The notes: generated by a model from the letters alone, not told the origin. A stretch of DNA of 63,353 nucleotides, filler included, from Hausera hauseri (GCA_046269625.1; 10 parts of 10 records of this genome joined end to end with filler, not necessarily neighbours in it); one strand, 5' to 3'; shown: positions 38,448-49,682, counted from the whole stretch's first letter. Program-made: numbers and translations.

Positions 38448-38939
38448 TCATATCGTCGACTTTCGAATTTGTTTATAGACACATACACCATTCTGATTGA
38501 AAATGTCTGTTCGTGCACGCATGTCATCAAGACACTGTTGTGTAAAGTCAATAAACAGATATCCATGCGGCTTGTTCGTAGTATCATGATATGCATCTAT
38601 CATGTAGGCTATATTGTGAGGAAATGCTTGTTGTGCAACATAATGAATGATAGTTTGATTACGAGGATTTTTGAACAACACGAAATAGTGTACGTTTAGA
38701 TTTCTTGTTTGATGCTGTCCGCCCTGATGGAATATGTTTTGCGTAATGAAAATAGCCGTCACACCACGGTGTCGTGCAATCTTTGCGAATAGGTTGTTGA
38801 AGTTGGTTTGTTTCGTTGCCTCTTCAGATAAATATTCTATGAAAATAACGTCACAGTTGTGTAATCGTTCAGACCAGTTCTCATCAAACCCATCAATTAC
38901 CGTTATGGATTTAAATTTGCAAAATTCCCGATAGGTCAA
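38448..38939 (-). pseudogene. FtsK/A32-like DNA packaging ATPase (Walker A part missing)
   Basis: LFAKIARHRGVTAIFITQNIF..RNLNVHYFVLFKNPRN..KPHGYLFIDF..RARTDIF. Confidence 0.9.
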
Positions 38940-39028
38940 ACTGGACTCACCACCTGATACCAGTATATATGATTGTACCGCGGTGAATAGAACATGTCAC
39001 GGTAGTTTTGCAATAGTTTACACACAAA

Positions 39029-39260
39029 TTGTGTTTTGCCATCTCCACTGGGGCCTACAATATGGAAATGGCAAAAACGGCAATGACTCAGTTAGAGTAT
39101 CAAACAATCAATCTGTACAAATTAGCAATGGCTGCTGAATGTACGTATGAACCCGAACTGTTTCCTGCACTGAGACTGACATTGTTTCGCCCACTTTGTG
39201 TCGATGAGTTTAGCAGTGAAAAATTGTTGTACTCGGACAGTGGACTGTAAACCGATTATT
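39029..39260 (+). pseudogene. TATA-binding-protein-like fragment
   Basis: INLYKLA..CTYEPELFPALRL..PLCVDEFSSEK resembles the TBP repeat motif YEPEQFPGL..FxSGK. Confidence 0.7.
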
Positions 39261-40131
39261 AATCAAATTAAAAACTACATGTTTTAATGAATTAAAATAA
39301 TGTACATTGCACAACAAACTATAAATACCATTCCCATGGTTATTCAAATATTACTGCCATGGAAGGCGACGACAAAAGGATTCTACTCAATGATGCCAAT
39401 GATGAAAGTTCAGATTGGTCGTGGTTGTTTGGCTACAAAAAAGAACAAATGTAATGTCAAATGGCTGGAAAGGAAAACAGAAACTGCCCAACAATTAGAA
39501 AAACCGGGCGATTGTCTGAAGGTCGATTGTCTGGACACGAAAAAGAAACTTGCTCAGAAATCAGCAAAACCGACGTTAAAAAGGCAAAATTCAATGAATG
39601 GAATACGTAAAGGAAAATCAAAACTGTCGTGCCAAATAAAGACATTTTACCGAAACGAATTTTTAGCAAGTACGAAATGCGTTTTCTGCAAACGCCTGTA
39701 CTAATTTCATTGAATGATTCCATGTCTCTATCACACCCAAGTACAGCTATCGTTTAAAACGGCTTTCGGGTGAAAATGTGGATAAAATTTGTGATGATCT
39801 GCATCAATTAAACGTGGATTTAAAGTTAAACGAAACGACCGCGCAACAGCAATGTGTCGATTTCCCGGCGCAGAAAACGAAATAGTTTGATTTTATCGGT
39901 CGCGAAATGCCTCATGTACCCGATGATGATGGTGGTTTAAAGTGTCGACTGAATATTTAATTGTAAGGATACAAGGAAAAAGTCAGTATCAAAAGCCCGA
40001 TTTGGCATATAGCTGAAGCATATTTTAATTATCAATAAATTTTGTTTTACTGTTCTTCTTCTTCTTTCATCAACCGAATTAAGGAGTATAAATGTACGTG
40101 TAAATTTAATATTGGCATAAGAATAATAATA

Positions 40132-40419
40132 ATGAATGATGTAGTGATTATTTTAACAGACGAAAATGCCTTTGTATCGAGACGTGTTACAGCAAACATT
40201 GCAGGCTACGATGTGTTTTCCAATGTCAATACGACAATTTCGGACAGCACAATCAAATACATAACGACTGGGATTCGGTTAGCGATTCCACCCGGTTACT
40301 ACGGCCAACTTTTATCGAAAAGCGGACTGGCAAACCTCGGACTAACAGTTGTGGGCGGTGTCATTGATTCAGACTTTCGTGGTGAAATTAAGGTTGTGGT
40401 GTCTACATTCACCCAATAG
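40132..40419 (+). pseudogene. dut: Trimeric dUTPase (C-terminally truncated)
   Basis: AGYDV, TGIRLAIPPGYYGQLLSKSGLA, GVIDSDFRGEIKV (motifs I-III). Confidence 0.9.
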
Positions 40420-40488
40420 GAAGAAACAAAATTATATGGACATTTCGTTTGTTGTTTAAATAAGCATAGTAGTGTATGCGCAGTTTAT

Positions 40489-40588
40489 NNNNNNNNNNNN
40501 NNNNNNNNNNNNNNNNNNNNNNNNNNNNNNNNTTAATTAATTAANNNNNNNNNNNNNNNNNNNNNNNNNNNNNNNNNNNNNNNNNNNN
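40489..40588. other. Artificial contig linker
   Basis: N44-TTAATTAATTAA-N44. Confidence 0.99.
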
Positions 40589-40665
40589 TGAATAAAAATA
40601 TAAATCTGAATGACTTGGCACAAAAAGTACCATGTTCATATGAGCCGAAATTATTTCCAGCATTA
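40589..40665. repeat. 77-bp terminal direct repeat, left copy
   Basis: Identical to 44805-44881. Confidence 0.97.
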
Positions 40666-40797
40666 CGCCTAAAAGAATTTGGTCCGCTATGTGTGAATGT
40701 TTTTCATACTGGAAAAGTTATTATACTTGGAATAAAGTCATTAGACTATGAGCATATATTCTATTCAATTTCATTATACGTTTTCCTTTCAATATGA
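40589..40797 (+). CDS. TBP-like protein, C-terminal part (joins 44660-44881 across the contig ends)
   Basis: INLNDLAQKVPCSYEPKLFPALRLKEFGPLCVNVFHTGKVIILG. Confidence 0.8.
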
Positions 40798-40899
40798 CTC
40801 ACCGCGTTTTCATTAATTGATTTTGAATGAAAAAGTATAAATACTGATGTTTCCTGCGAACATTTCATTTCTTAAAATGTCTTATGCTCAATTTCCCAG

Positions 40900-42890
40900 T
40901 TATCAAGACAGTTTGTTTAACAATTGTAATTGCGACAAGTCCTTCACCAAGGATAATCATAAAATTAGGGATCATTGCCATTTTACAGGTGCATATCGAG
41001 GTGCAGCATGCAACAACTGCAATCTGCGGTGCAAAACATGCACATATGTGCCTGTAGTGTTCTATAATCTCAGTGTTTATGAATCCTACTTCATTGTCGA
41101 GAACTGGAAAACATTGAAGAAAACAATGATGTGAACCCAAACAGTGAGGAATAATACATCACTTTTACGAAGCAAGTTGTGAAAATCAGGCTGCGCTTTG
41201 TAGACAGTTTCCGTTTCATGTCGTCTTCACTTGACAGTTTGGTGAAGAACCTCACTGAAGAAAAACTCAATGAGACGAAGCGGTTCTTCCACTCTTCATT
41301 TGACCTAGTGAAAAGGAAAGGAGTGTTTCCCTATGATTATATAACATCATGAGATATACTGGATAAGATATAATTGCCGTCCAAGAAGGAATTTTACAAT
41401 ATCCTCTCAGATAGCGATATCAGTGATGAGGACTATCAGCATGCCCAGAATGTGTGACATTTATTACAATGCCGCACATTAGGAGAACATAGCAACATAT
41501 ACCTCAAGACGGACGTGCTGCTGCTGACAGATGTCTTTGAGAGTTTTAGGGATGTTACGATGAATAGCCATGCATTGGATCCGGCTCATTTTTGTACAGC
41601 TCTAGGGATTACGACATGATCGCCATGATAGTGAAAGGCATTAGAGGCGGAATATGCCAGGCCACTCACCGGTATAGCGAGGCCAACAACAAATATATTG
41701 CCCAGTACGACACAGCAAAGTAATACTCAGATATATCATATCTTGATGCCAAAAACTTGCATGGATGGGCAATGAGCACCCCATTGCCATATAATGATTT
41801 CAAGTGGGTTGAGCAGTCTGAAAACATCCCTATACTAAACCTGGATCCTACTGGAGATACTGGATACATACTGGAGATGTATATGGAATATCCGGCTTCT
41901 ATCCACGCAAGGCATCAACAGCTGCCTTTCTTCCCTGAGAGCAGACCTCCACTCCATGGAAAGCATAGAAAGCTGCTCTGCCATCTTCAGCAAGCGGTCA
42001 AGAATTCACTCCGCATTGGATCCATTGGGCCCTGCAGTTCAGGCAGTCCAACTGGCTGCAGCCCTTCATAAATCCCAATACGAAGCTGGGGATAAATGCC
42101 AAGAATGACTTTGAGAAGCACCAGTTCAAGCTTTACAACAACAGCGTTTTTGGTAGGACCATGGAGAATATCTGCAATAAGTTTAACATCGAACCGATCT
42201 CTGAGTGGAAGAGCGCAAAGAAGCTCATTGCCAAGCCTAACTTCCACAGCAGTACCATATATGAGGAGACTTGGTCAGCATCCATATTCTGAAAACATCA
42301 TTGTAATTCAACAATCTCATATATGTGTGTATGGCAATATTAGATCTGTCAAAGATTTTGATGTACAAATTCTACTATGACATTATGGTCCTCACATTCA
42401 AGTCCATACAGCCGATGTATATGAATACTGATAGTTTCATCTATCAGATCCATACACAGGACATTTATGAGGACTTTGCTAAGTTGGCTCAGCATATGGA
42501 TACTTCTGACTATCCGAAGGAGCATCCCAACTATTCAGTTACCAACAAAAAGTCATTGTGAAATTCAAAGACGAGGTGAATGGGGCAATCATCTCGAGAT
42601 TTGTGGCTATTAGGTCCAAAATTTATGCGATTGATATATGTGATCAAGTAAAGCAACGGGCTAAAGGAGTTCAAAGAGCGACCTTGGCCAAGAAGATTGG
42701 CTTCGATGACTATGTGAGAGTTCTCCAGGTGCAGACTCATCATGTAAGAGTTTCAAAGGATCCAGTCTAAGGCTTATAACATTGAGAGAGTAACATTACA
42801 GAAGAAAGGCCTAGATTGGATGGGTGTAAAGAGACAGATCCTGGGTGCTGGAATAAGCACACTACCTCACGGGCATGTTGCATTAATGTA
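40900..42890 (+). pseudogene. pPolB: Polinton pPolB with endonuclease VII-like insert; many stops and frameshifts
   Basis: RDHCHFTGAYRGAACNNCNL, FVDSFRFMSSSLDSLVKNL, KGVFPYDY, YLKTDVLLLTDVFESFR, GIRGGI, YLDAKNLHGWAMS, KLYNNSVFGRTMEN, YMNTDS, KFKDE. Confidence 0.93.
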
Positions 42891-43404
42891 AATATCTTTG
42901 TTACGAGATGTTGTATTTTTTGTATTAATAAATCTTATAAAAATATCATGATGCCTTTTTGATAAAGTAATGTGGGATATAGGATAAGGTCAAGAAAATA
43001 AATAAACAAATTTGAAATTCAAATAAAAAATCAGTGCAGAGTGTCTTTTACTTGTATTAATCTCTCATTATTTCTAAATGGCAGAAACATGTCCAGTTTG
43101 TTTGAGAAGATGGTAGAAAGACGATGTATATGGCTACTTGCAACACACATACGTTTTTTGTGCGCCGTCTTCAAAAATGGTTATGTCGTAAAATTTCATG
43201 CCCAATATACAGGATATTGCGATTATGTCCTTAGTAGATGGAAGTGAGCACACTGGATCATACCCCGTCCCCGCGGAGAAAAAATTGATGTGGTTCGCGG
43301 ATGAGTCATGGGGTGCAGATGGGAGATTGGCGATACACAGTCACAAAGTGGATACACACAAGCAAGTGTACTGCATGGTTTTTAGATACGTGTAAAAATT
43401 TAAA

Positions 43405-43452
43405 TTTCGCGCCAAAGATTTTTTGTTTAAATTTTGATGGTCGGGTATAAAG
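43405..43452 (+). promoter_or_regulatory. Putative Pol II promoter: E2F-type site and TATA box
   Basis: TTTCGCGC at 43405-43412 and TATAAAG at 43446-43452, 35 nt before ATG 43481; conserved in the homolog at 58205-58251 (-). Confidence 0.5.
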
Positions 43453-43480
43453 ATAAGCCTTAAAATCAGATCAATCTAAA

Positions 43481-43723
43481 ATGCCCAAAGCAATTGACTC
43501 AAAAACATTGTCCAATTTCAAAATGCAAATGACTGCTGCTTCAGTACTGATACAGTTGAAAGAAGAAGAAATTCACAGTGCATTGAATAAAGTGCAAAAC
43601 TTGTGGGCTACAAATGACGATCTTCAGTATGTTTCTCCAGAGATATTGTTGGAAGTGATACGAAACAGATTGATTAATGTCATTCTAATGATCAGTAAAA
43701 TAATCGGAATGGCGGAAGAATAG
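43481..43723 (+). CDS. Small hypothetical protein of the pPolB element
   Basis: 80-aa ORF behind a TATA box; N-terminal half conserved in contig J (58064-58175, minus). Confidence 0.55.
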   Translation: MPKAIDSKTLSNFKMQMTAASVLIQLKEEEIHSALNKVQNLWATNDDLQYVSPEILLEVIRNRLINVILMISKIIGMAEE

Positions 43724-43909
43724 CAAAACAATCAGTAGGAACTGAACAATGCAATTAATGATTTTACTAAATATGGACAATGATAGTTGTAATATAATAA
43801 GTCTTGTAATCAGTGACTTATCGTTTTTATTGTTATAGAACACAAAACACAAAAGTTTTATTATATAACAGTTTGCTAATATATACACTAAACATGCAAG
43901 TCTTTTAGA

Positions 43910-44167
43910 TTATCTTCGTTCCATCTCTTTCGTACCAACATTCATTAAGATATCATAAATAATCATACATCGAGTGAATAATTCAAGATGTTCTCGGACA
44001 GTTGTTGGTAATTTAGCTTTAGGCATAATTCTTGATTTGTGAAAAAAAACACTTTCAATTGTATCAGTTAATTGTTTAAGAAGATTGGTAATATTGAAAT
44101 CTTTTTCATAAGTGCAAATTTCAGTAGCATAGGCATTAGACTGGTAAATCATTAATAGTTGATCCAT
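43910..44167 (-). CDS. Hypothetical protein
   Basis: 85-aa ORF preceded by acidic upstream segments; no recognised motif. Confidence 0.3.
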   Translation of the reverse strand: MDQLLMIYQSNAYATEICTYEKDFNITNLLKQLTDTIESVFFHKSRIMPKAKLPTTVREHLELFTRCMIIYDILMNVGTKEMERR

Positions 44168-44659
44168 ATAATCATTAAACGTTCTTTTGCTCTCATCTGA
44201 ACTTTCATCATTTGTACACTCTTCACAATCCTATTAAAATAATTAAGTAGAGTATACTGAACATCAAATTATACGCTTATGAGAGGAGTTTGACATTCAT
44301 CTTCTTCATTTATATCGTCTGTTTCATCCGCAACAGTCTCATCCATAATTTCGTCATCAATTATTGTACCATCATTTTGTTCATTTGGGTCGACAATTAC
44401 GACTTTACCATTGTCGTCAACATCTAATCGAAGACAACACGGTTTGTACTACATTGTAAAAAATGATTTCTTTCCAACTGCGAAGTGTATTTATACTAAA
44501 TTTCATCGGCATGCTGCATTCTGATTCGTTGAAAATAAATACAAATAGAAGTGCGAGTGTGAGTTTTTAAAAATATTAGTTAATATTAATTATGCGGCGC
44601 ATGCGGATGAAAAAAATGTCCGATATCTTCAATTTAATGAATAGAAACCAAGGCAGAAT

Positions 44660-44881
44660 ATGATTAATTATGCCGATTACAAAATCATTATATTTCCAAG
44701 CGGTAGTTGTCTTATTATTGGTTATAAGAAACCTATTGTGGAAACAGATTTACCGCTAAATATTAAAATAGAAAGGCTTCAGTCAGTTATCATATGTATG
44801 AATATGAATAAAAATATAAATCTGAATGACTTGGCACAAAAAGTACCATGTTCATATGAGCCGAAATTATTTCCAGCATTA
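44660..44881 (+). CDS. TBP-like protein, N-terminal part
   Basis: KIIIFPSGSCLIIGYK (first TBP repeat), then LQSVII..INLNDLA..YEPKLFPAL (second repeat). Confidence 0.8.
44805..44881. repeat. 77-bp terminal direct repeat, right copy
   Basis: Identical to 40589-40665. Confidence 0.97.
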
Positions 44882-44981
44882 NNNNNNNNNNNNNNNNNNN
44901 NNNNNNNNNNNNNNNNNNNNNNNNNTTAATTAATTAANNNNNNNNNNNNNNNNNNNNNNNNNNNNNNNNNNNNNNNNNNNN
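44882..44981. other. Artificial contig linker
   Basis: N44-TTAATTAATTAA-N44. Confidence 0.99.
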
Positions 44982-45033
44982 ACTTGAGAAACATAAAATA
45001 AATAAAGTAGATTTAACAAATAACGTAATTAAC

Positions 45034-46080
45034 ATGGCAGCAGATAACGCATCAATAGCGCAGAAATTGGACATCTTCACTTTCGATTCTCTAAACTAGC
45101 CGGCATACGACGGTGACCCGGACGGGCTTAAGAAATTCTTAAGAACTTATAAATTGCACGCAGAAAATGCTAGTCTTACTCCTGAAGTGATGATTTAGCG
45201 ATTGTTGTTGTATTTAAAAAATTTAGCCTCTGATGCCTACAGTGAACTCACTAATGACGATAAGAAATCTTGGTCCTCCCTGGTAGGAGCGTTAAATCGC
45301 AAATTAATGACGACAGTAGAGCAGCAACAAAAGCTTATGGCATTTCAGAACACAGTACAGCAAAAGGGTGAATCGGTAACTCAGTTCACATTTACGTTGA
45401 AGAAGCTTGCTAATAGTTATATTAGTACATTGAGGATAGCCAATGTAGCTAAAGCTAAGACAGATGCGGAATGTGACGCAGCGGAGAAGACCTCACCATC
45501 AGATTTAGATGTTATGATGACGACGCAACTAATAAATGGTATTTGGTCACGAGACTTGGTTAAACAATTGATTTTGGCTAGATCTGAGAATTTTAAAGGA
45601 ACGTTACAATTAGCTCAAGACTAAGAAATTGCGCTAGATAGATACTCCAGACATAACGATAGAAACGACAGGAATAATGATCGCGATGACCGGAATGATA
45701 GAAATCGCAATGAAAATCGTGGAAGAGATGACAGGCGATTTACGGGTAACAAAAATTATGGGAATAGAAGTAATAATGGCGGTTACAGAAGTGGCCGAGG
45801 TAGTAATTATACTAATACGAACAGATCAGATTCTACTGGAATAGGAATAGAGGAAATTATAAAGTCTCAAACTACTCGAATCAAAACGACGATAACCGAA
45901 ATAACGATAATCGACCAAATGCCGATAATGCGCAAAGTTTGTCAAACCAGTATAATAAAAGTATAAATAGATCTAAGTCACCAGTAAACGAAGACGGTCG
46001 GCAAAGAGTCGGCAGAAATGGGAATTTGGTTTGTTTTAACTGCGGTAAAGAAGGACATATTTCAAGGTCATGTCCAAATC
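45034..46080 (+). pseudogene. gag: Gag (capsid, Asn/Arg/Asp-rich linker, CCHC nucleocapsid)
   Basis: PAYDGDP..LKKFL, LLYLKNLASDAY, QQKGESVTQF..LKKLA (MHR-like), CFNCGKEGHISRSC. Confidence 0.9.
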
Positions 46081-46355
46081 CGCGTAGCGTTTCATTTACT
46101 GAACCAAATAAGACTAGTATGATTAGAATCAATGAAAATTTAGAAGCAAAGTATGGTATTCGTGGAGATACAGGCACTATAATTGATATACAGGACTTGA
46201 GAAAATTCTTAGATGCTCAGCCGGATACCACTAACTTACCAATTTTTATGGCTAGAAGAGAATACGGAGATAATTTGAGATTACTAGAAGTGTATCATGG
46301 TTTAGTAGAACCAGAAACTGAATATTAACACGCACTAGCACCCAAACGAATTGAT

Positions 46356-48269
46356 ATGACACGGAAAAAGAGTGTTCCGACAAGTAATAAAACATCTGAT
46401 AAACCAGGCACTTCGACGGCAGTCGACTTAGATGCAGAGCCTGAGTTTACAGTTGAAAAAGTAGCTAAGCTTACTGAGGACGATGCAGCAGAAAAAGAAT
46501 TTATGGAGCCATTAATATTCAAAATTACGAAAAATAGAGGCCGTAGCCCTTCATTTAAGACGAAACGTAAAAGTCATTCATGTTCACAAGTAACCAGAGA
46601 GAAAATTGAAGGAACGGAAAAACGGAACGTCGTTGTAGGAGGCGACATGAACCATAGTTTGAGCACACCAGAGATTGGTCCTTTTACGCCTACCGGGATA
46701 GCGAATTCTGTAGAGTCAATTAATGAAATTAACGAGATCTGCCCACTTCCCATTAGTAAGGAAGAAACAGCGAATGTTAACGATTTTGATCTAAAGAAGT
46801 GGAAAGTCCGACGTTCATGGAAAAACGCCGATGAGCTAAAGAAAATGCGAATTAAATGTCTAGAGCCCGAAATATTACAACGAAATTTGGAAAGGCTGAA
46901 GCAGATTAGCGAACAAGTAGACATATCCCGGAAAGAACAACAATTCGCTGAGAAGTTATATAAAAGTTTGAAACTGCGTAGCAAAGGAAAATTTGCGGAA
47001 GCAATCGACTTAGAACAACTCGAAGAGGTATCAACCGAAACGGTGTTAAAATGGAAGCAGGAATTAGAATCATGGATTAAAATCGGAGTAGAAATTTTCA
47101 AAGGATGGAATAAAAATGAAGATAGAGTCGACGTAAAAGTCATTAAGGCTCAGATGCTATTGTCTACTCTAGGGGCAAACCCAAAATTGAAGAGAGTAGT
47201 CCGTAATTTAGAACGTATGATGGACGAAATTCGGTACGCAACGATTAATCGGCTTAGTGAAAAATCGGTTAACCATCGCAGTAATATTGATTTAGAAATA
47301 TTGGGTATAGACCCGTTAGATATTCCTCCCTTGACGGAGATGATAAAAATCGCATTTGCTACGCCCAAGCTATATACAAACCTAGAAAAGCGACTTAAGA
47401 TAGAAAACGAAAAACGAGCACAGATTTATAGCTTGAGGAACCAAATTATGTCCCCAAATCACGAGGAGACTCAATATGTAGTAAAGGCTTGTATCGTAGA
47501 ATTGGACGAGTACAAGGACGAGTTCAGTTATGTCGGCCGGATTATGAATTTCCTAAGAGGACCAGACGATGAGTTAGAAGATGCATATAAGATGCTAGAT
47601 AAGGCTATAATGGCAAAACCGATAATCGCAAATCAACTGTCGGAGTGGTCCGAATTAATAACGCGATTAACCAAATTAGTAGAAGATCGGAAGAAGGAAT
47701 TTCTGCAAAGCGAGCCAATGGTAAAGAAGCAACTAGAGGAAAGTGCACATGATTTAGGCACAATGCGAATAGAAATAGACATCCATACTCAATTCGAAGC
47801 GCTACGACGACTAAAATTTATGGAAAAGGAACGAGGAGCGTTAACGATGGAGGAAATCTACAATCTGATCGAAGACACGAACTTTACGGAAAAACGAAAT
47901 ACGATTTACGATGTAATCTTAAGATTAAGGGTTGTTCGACTCGAAGGAGTCCAATACTTAACAGGAAAACCGATAGACGAAATTTCTGAACAAGACATTG
48001 AAATCTTGGACATTTGTCCAGGACATCGAGATATTTTAACGGACGCAATAAAATTCTTGCACAAACCACAAGAATGGATGGCCGGATCAGACCAGAATTT
48101 CCATACCAAGTTGACAAAAATAAGAGACTATGCACATTTTAGTTTTCAGGAATACAAGTTCGTAAAAAAATTGTCTGATGCAATGGACCCTGAATCAAAG
48201 GTTATAAATGAGATGTATGAGTTAGCCTATCTTTGGTGGAAATGGCAGAAATCAGTGATGAGCGGATGA
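46356..48269 (+). CDS. Accessory region ORF (637 aa open), helical, with two SAM-like segments
   Basis: Long uninterrupted ORF in frame with the zinc-knuckle ORF (one intervening stop); SNIDLEILGIDPLDIPPLTEMI and ISEQDIEILDICPGHRDILTDAIKFL. Confidence 0.7.
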   Translation: MTRKKSVPTSNKTSDKPGTSTAVDLDAEPEFTVEKVAKLTEDDAAEKEFMEPLIFKITKNRGRSPSFKTKRKSHSCSQVTREKIEGTEKRNVVVGGDMNHSLSTPEIGPFTPTGIANSVESINEINEICPLPISKEETANVNDFDLKKWKVRRSWKNADELKKMRIKCLEPEILQRNLERLKQISEQVDISRKEQQFAEKLYKSLKLRSKGKFAEAIDLEQLEEVSTETVLKWKQELESWIKIGVEIFKGWNKNEDRVDVKVIKAQMLLSTLGANPKLKRVVRNLERMMDEIRYATINRLSEKSVNHRSNIDLEILGIDPLDIPPLTEMIKIAFATPKLYTNLEKRLKIENEKRAQIYSLRNQIMSPNHEETQYVVKACIVELDEYKDEFSYVGRIMNFLRGPDDELEDAYKMLDKAIMAKPIIANQLSEWSELITRLTKLVEDRKKEFLQSEPMVKKQLEESAHDLGTMRIEIDIHTQFEALRRLKFMEKERGALTMEEIYNLIEDTNFTEKRNTIYDVILRLRVVRLEGVQYLTGKPIDEISEQDIEILDICPGHRDILTDAIKFLHKPQEWMAGSDQNFHTKLTKIRDYAHFSFQEYKFVKKLSDAMDPESKVINEMYELAYLWWKWQKSVMSG

Positions 48270-49682
48270 AACAATTGATGCCCAAGATACAGAAAGTAGA
48301 AGAAACATGTATCAAAACAAAACAAAGAGCGACAAGGTTAGATGAAATAACAAAAGAGCTTGAAGTCTATCGAAACAAATATTCTTTTGCCCAATCAGAG
48401 ATGGCAAAAAGATGTAATCATCGAACTAACAGATTTTCACCAAAGGGACTCATCGACTCTAACGAATTCGGTGAATTACTAAAAATGATTCAAAATGCCT
48501 GTGGAAATTGAGTGGGTATTCGGACTACGCAAATGAAAGAAATACAACCCAGGTTCTAAGAAATTCGGGAAAATGTGCAAAGAACGAGTGTAGCCTTTGT
48601 AAGCGCTGGACTCCCAGATGTCGGTAATGAGCCAGAATGGGATGCATACTTCGACGCAATGCTGACCGAAAAGCCCATGACTCTAATACAATTGAATGAG
48701 ATAGAAACGTGCCCGCTGAACAGAAGATTCGCTGGGGAGGTGCTACTGGATTCAGCGCTAACTGAAAAGGATTTGATTGAATTAATTAACGTAAATATTA
48801 CTGAGGATAAATTAAGACAACTTATTCCAACTTTAACTAAATTGTCCAATGAGAACACGATTTATATCACGGTGCCAAAGCTTTTTATTAGAAAATATGC
48901 TAAAATTGTTTCTAATGTTGTCACGAATAAAAAAGTTTAGCTGCGAGATGTGGCTGTTAAATAACCGACCCTACTCTCCTCCTAACCTCTTGTTGTATGG
49001 AGCTGACCTTGATTATCCGTTCAGCCATCTTTGTATCTAGTTCTTCTTCTTGTCTGATCACCATGCCACCGAGTGTGCAGCTCTCTGGATGGGCTCTGAA
49101 AAGGGGCTGTCGTTATAGTCGTAAAAAGGACTGCGGAGGGTGTGGCTCTGCTTTTCTGTCATCCTGGTAGTGTCTAGGAGATGGACCCAAGGTCCTACAG
49201 GTGGTAGTAGCAAGTGATCCACTGCACAATTGGGGACAATATAGAGGTTCCACCCATCAGCTGTTAGGTTTCCCTTTCACTACCCAGGAGACACGACAAG
49301 GATGTGGGCGAAAGTCTTGGCAGACTACAAGTCATCAATCCTGGCACTGTGTAACAAGGCCAGCTACGAATCGCCTAGAGCCTCCTGAAACCAGTATTAA
49401 ACTAGTTCATTGAATATTGTGTCACCAAGCAGTATTCACATGAGGATTCACGCATATACATATTTTTGAGAGAAACAAACATGGATGTGCTACTGAGACA
49501 ATAGAACTGAAAGAAGTTTCTAACGAATTTTTGACTCGATATATACAGGAAATTAATGCCTACCTCCACCAAATCATCACTGGTGATGAGTGATAGGTAT
49601 ACCATTACAACTCAAACAACATTTGTCTTTGGGGTGCTTATGTAAGGACTTACCTACCCTAAAAAAAAATTAAAATTAAATA

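Larger units (their letters stand above)
34584..40488. mobile_element. Polinton/Maverick (adintovirus-like) morphogenesis module with accessory genes, decayed
   Basis: MCP, core-like ORFs, two penton-like ORFs and packaging ATPase on minus; TBP-like and dUTPase on plus. Confidence 0.9.
45034..48905 (+). mobile_element. Ty3/gypsy element copy 2, 5' part: Gag, zinc knuckle, long accessory region
   Basis: 3' portion is homologous to the upstream portions of contigs C and I (EPEWDAYFDA, LLDSALTEKDLIELI, LIPTLTKLSNENTIY). Confidence 0.9.

Noticed and set aside
34584-44881. Treating contigs F and G as one Polinton, or the window as a giant virus genome
   Set aside because: They are separated by a linker and their TBP-like genes differ. 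The polymerase is protein-primed type and no NCLDV RNA polymerase genes are seen.
46574-47143. 189-aa minus-strand ORF, and many similar antisense ORFs over the elements
   Set aside because: Ser/Phe/Leu-rich shadows of Lys/Glu-rich sense ORFs, with no motifs.
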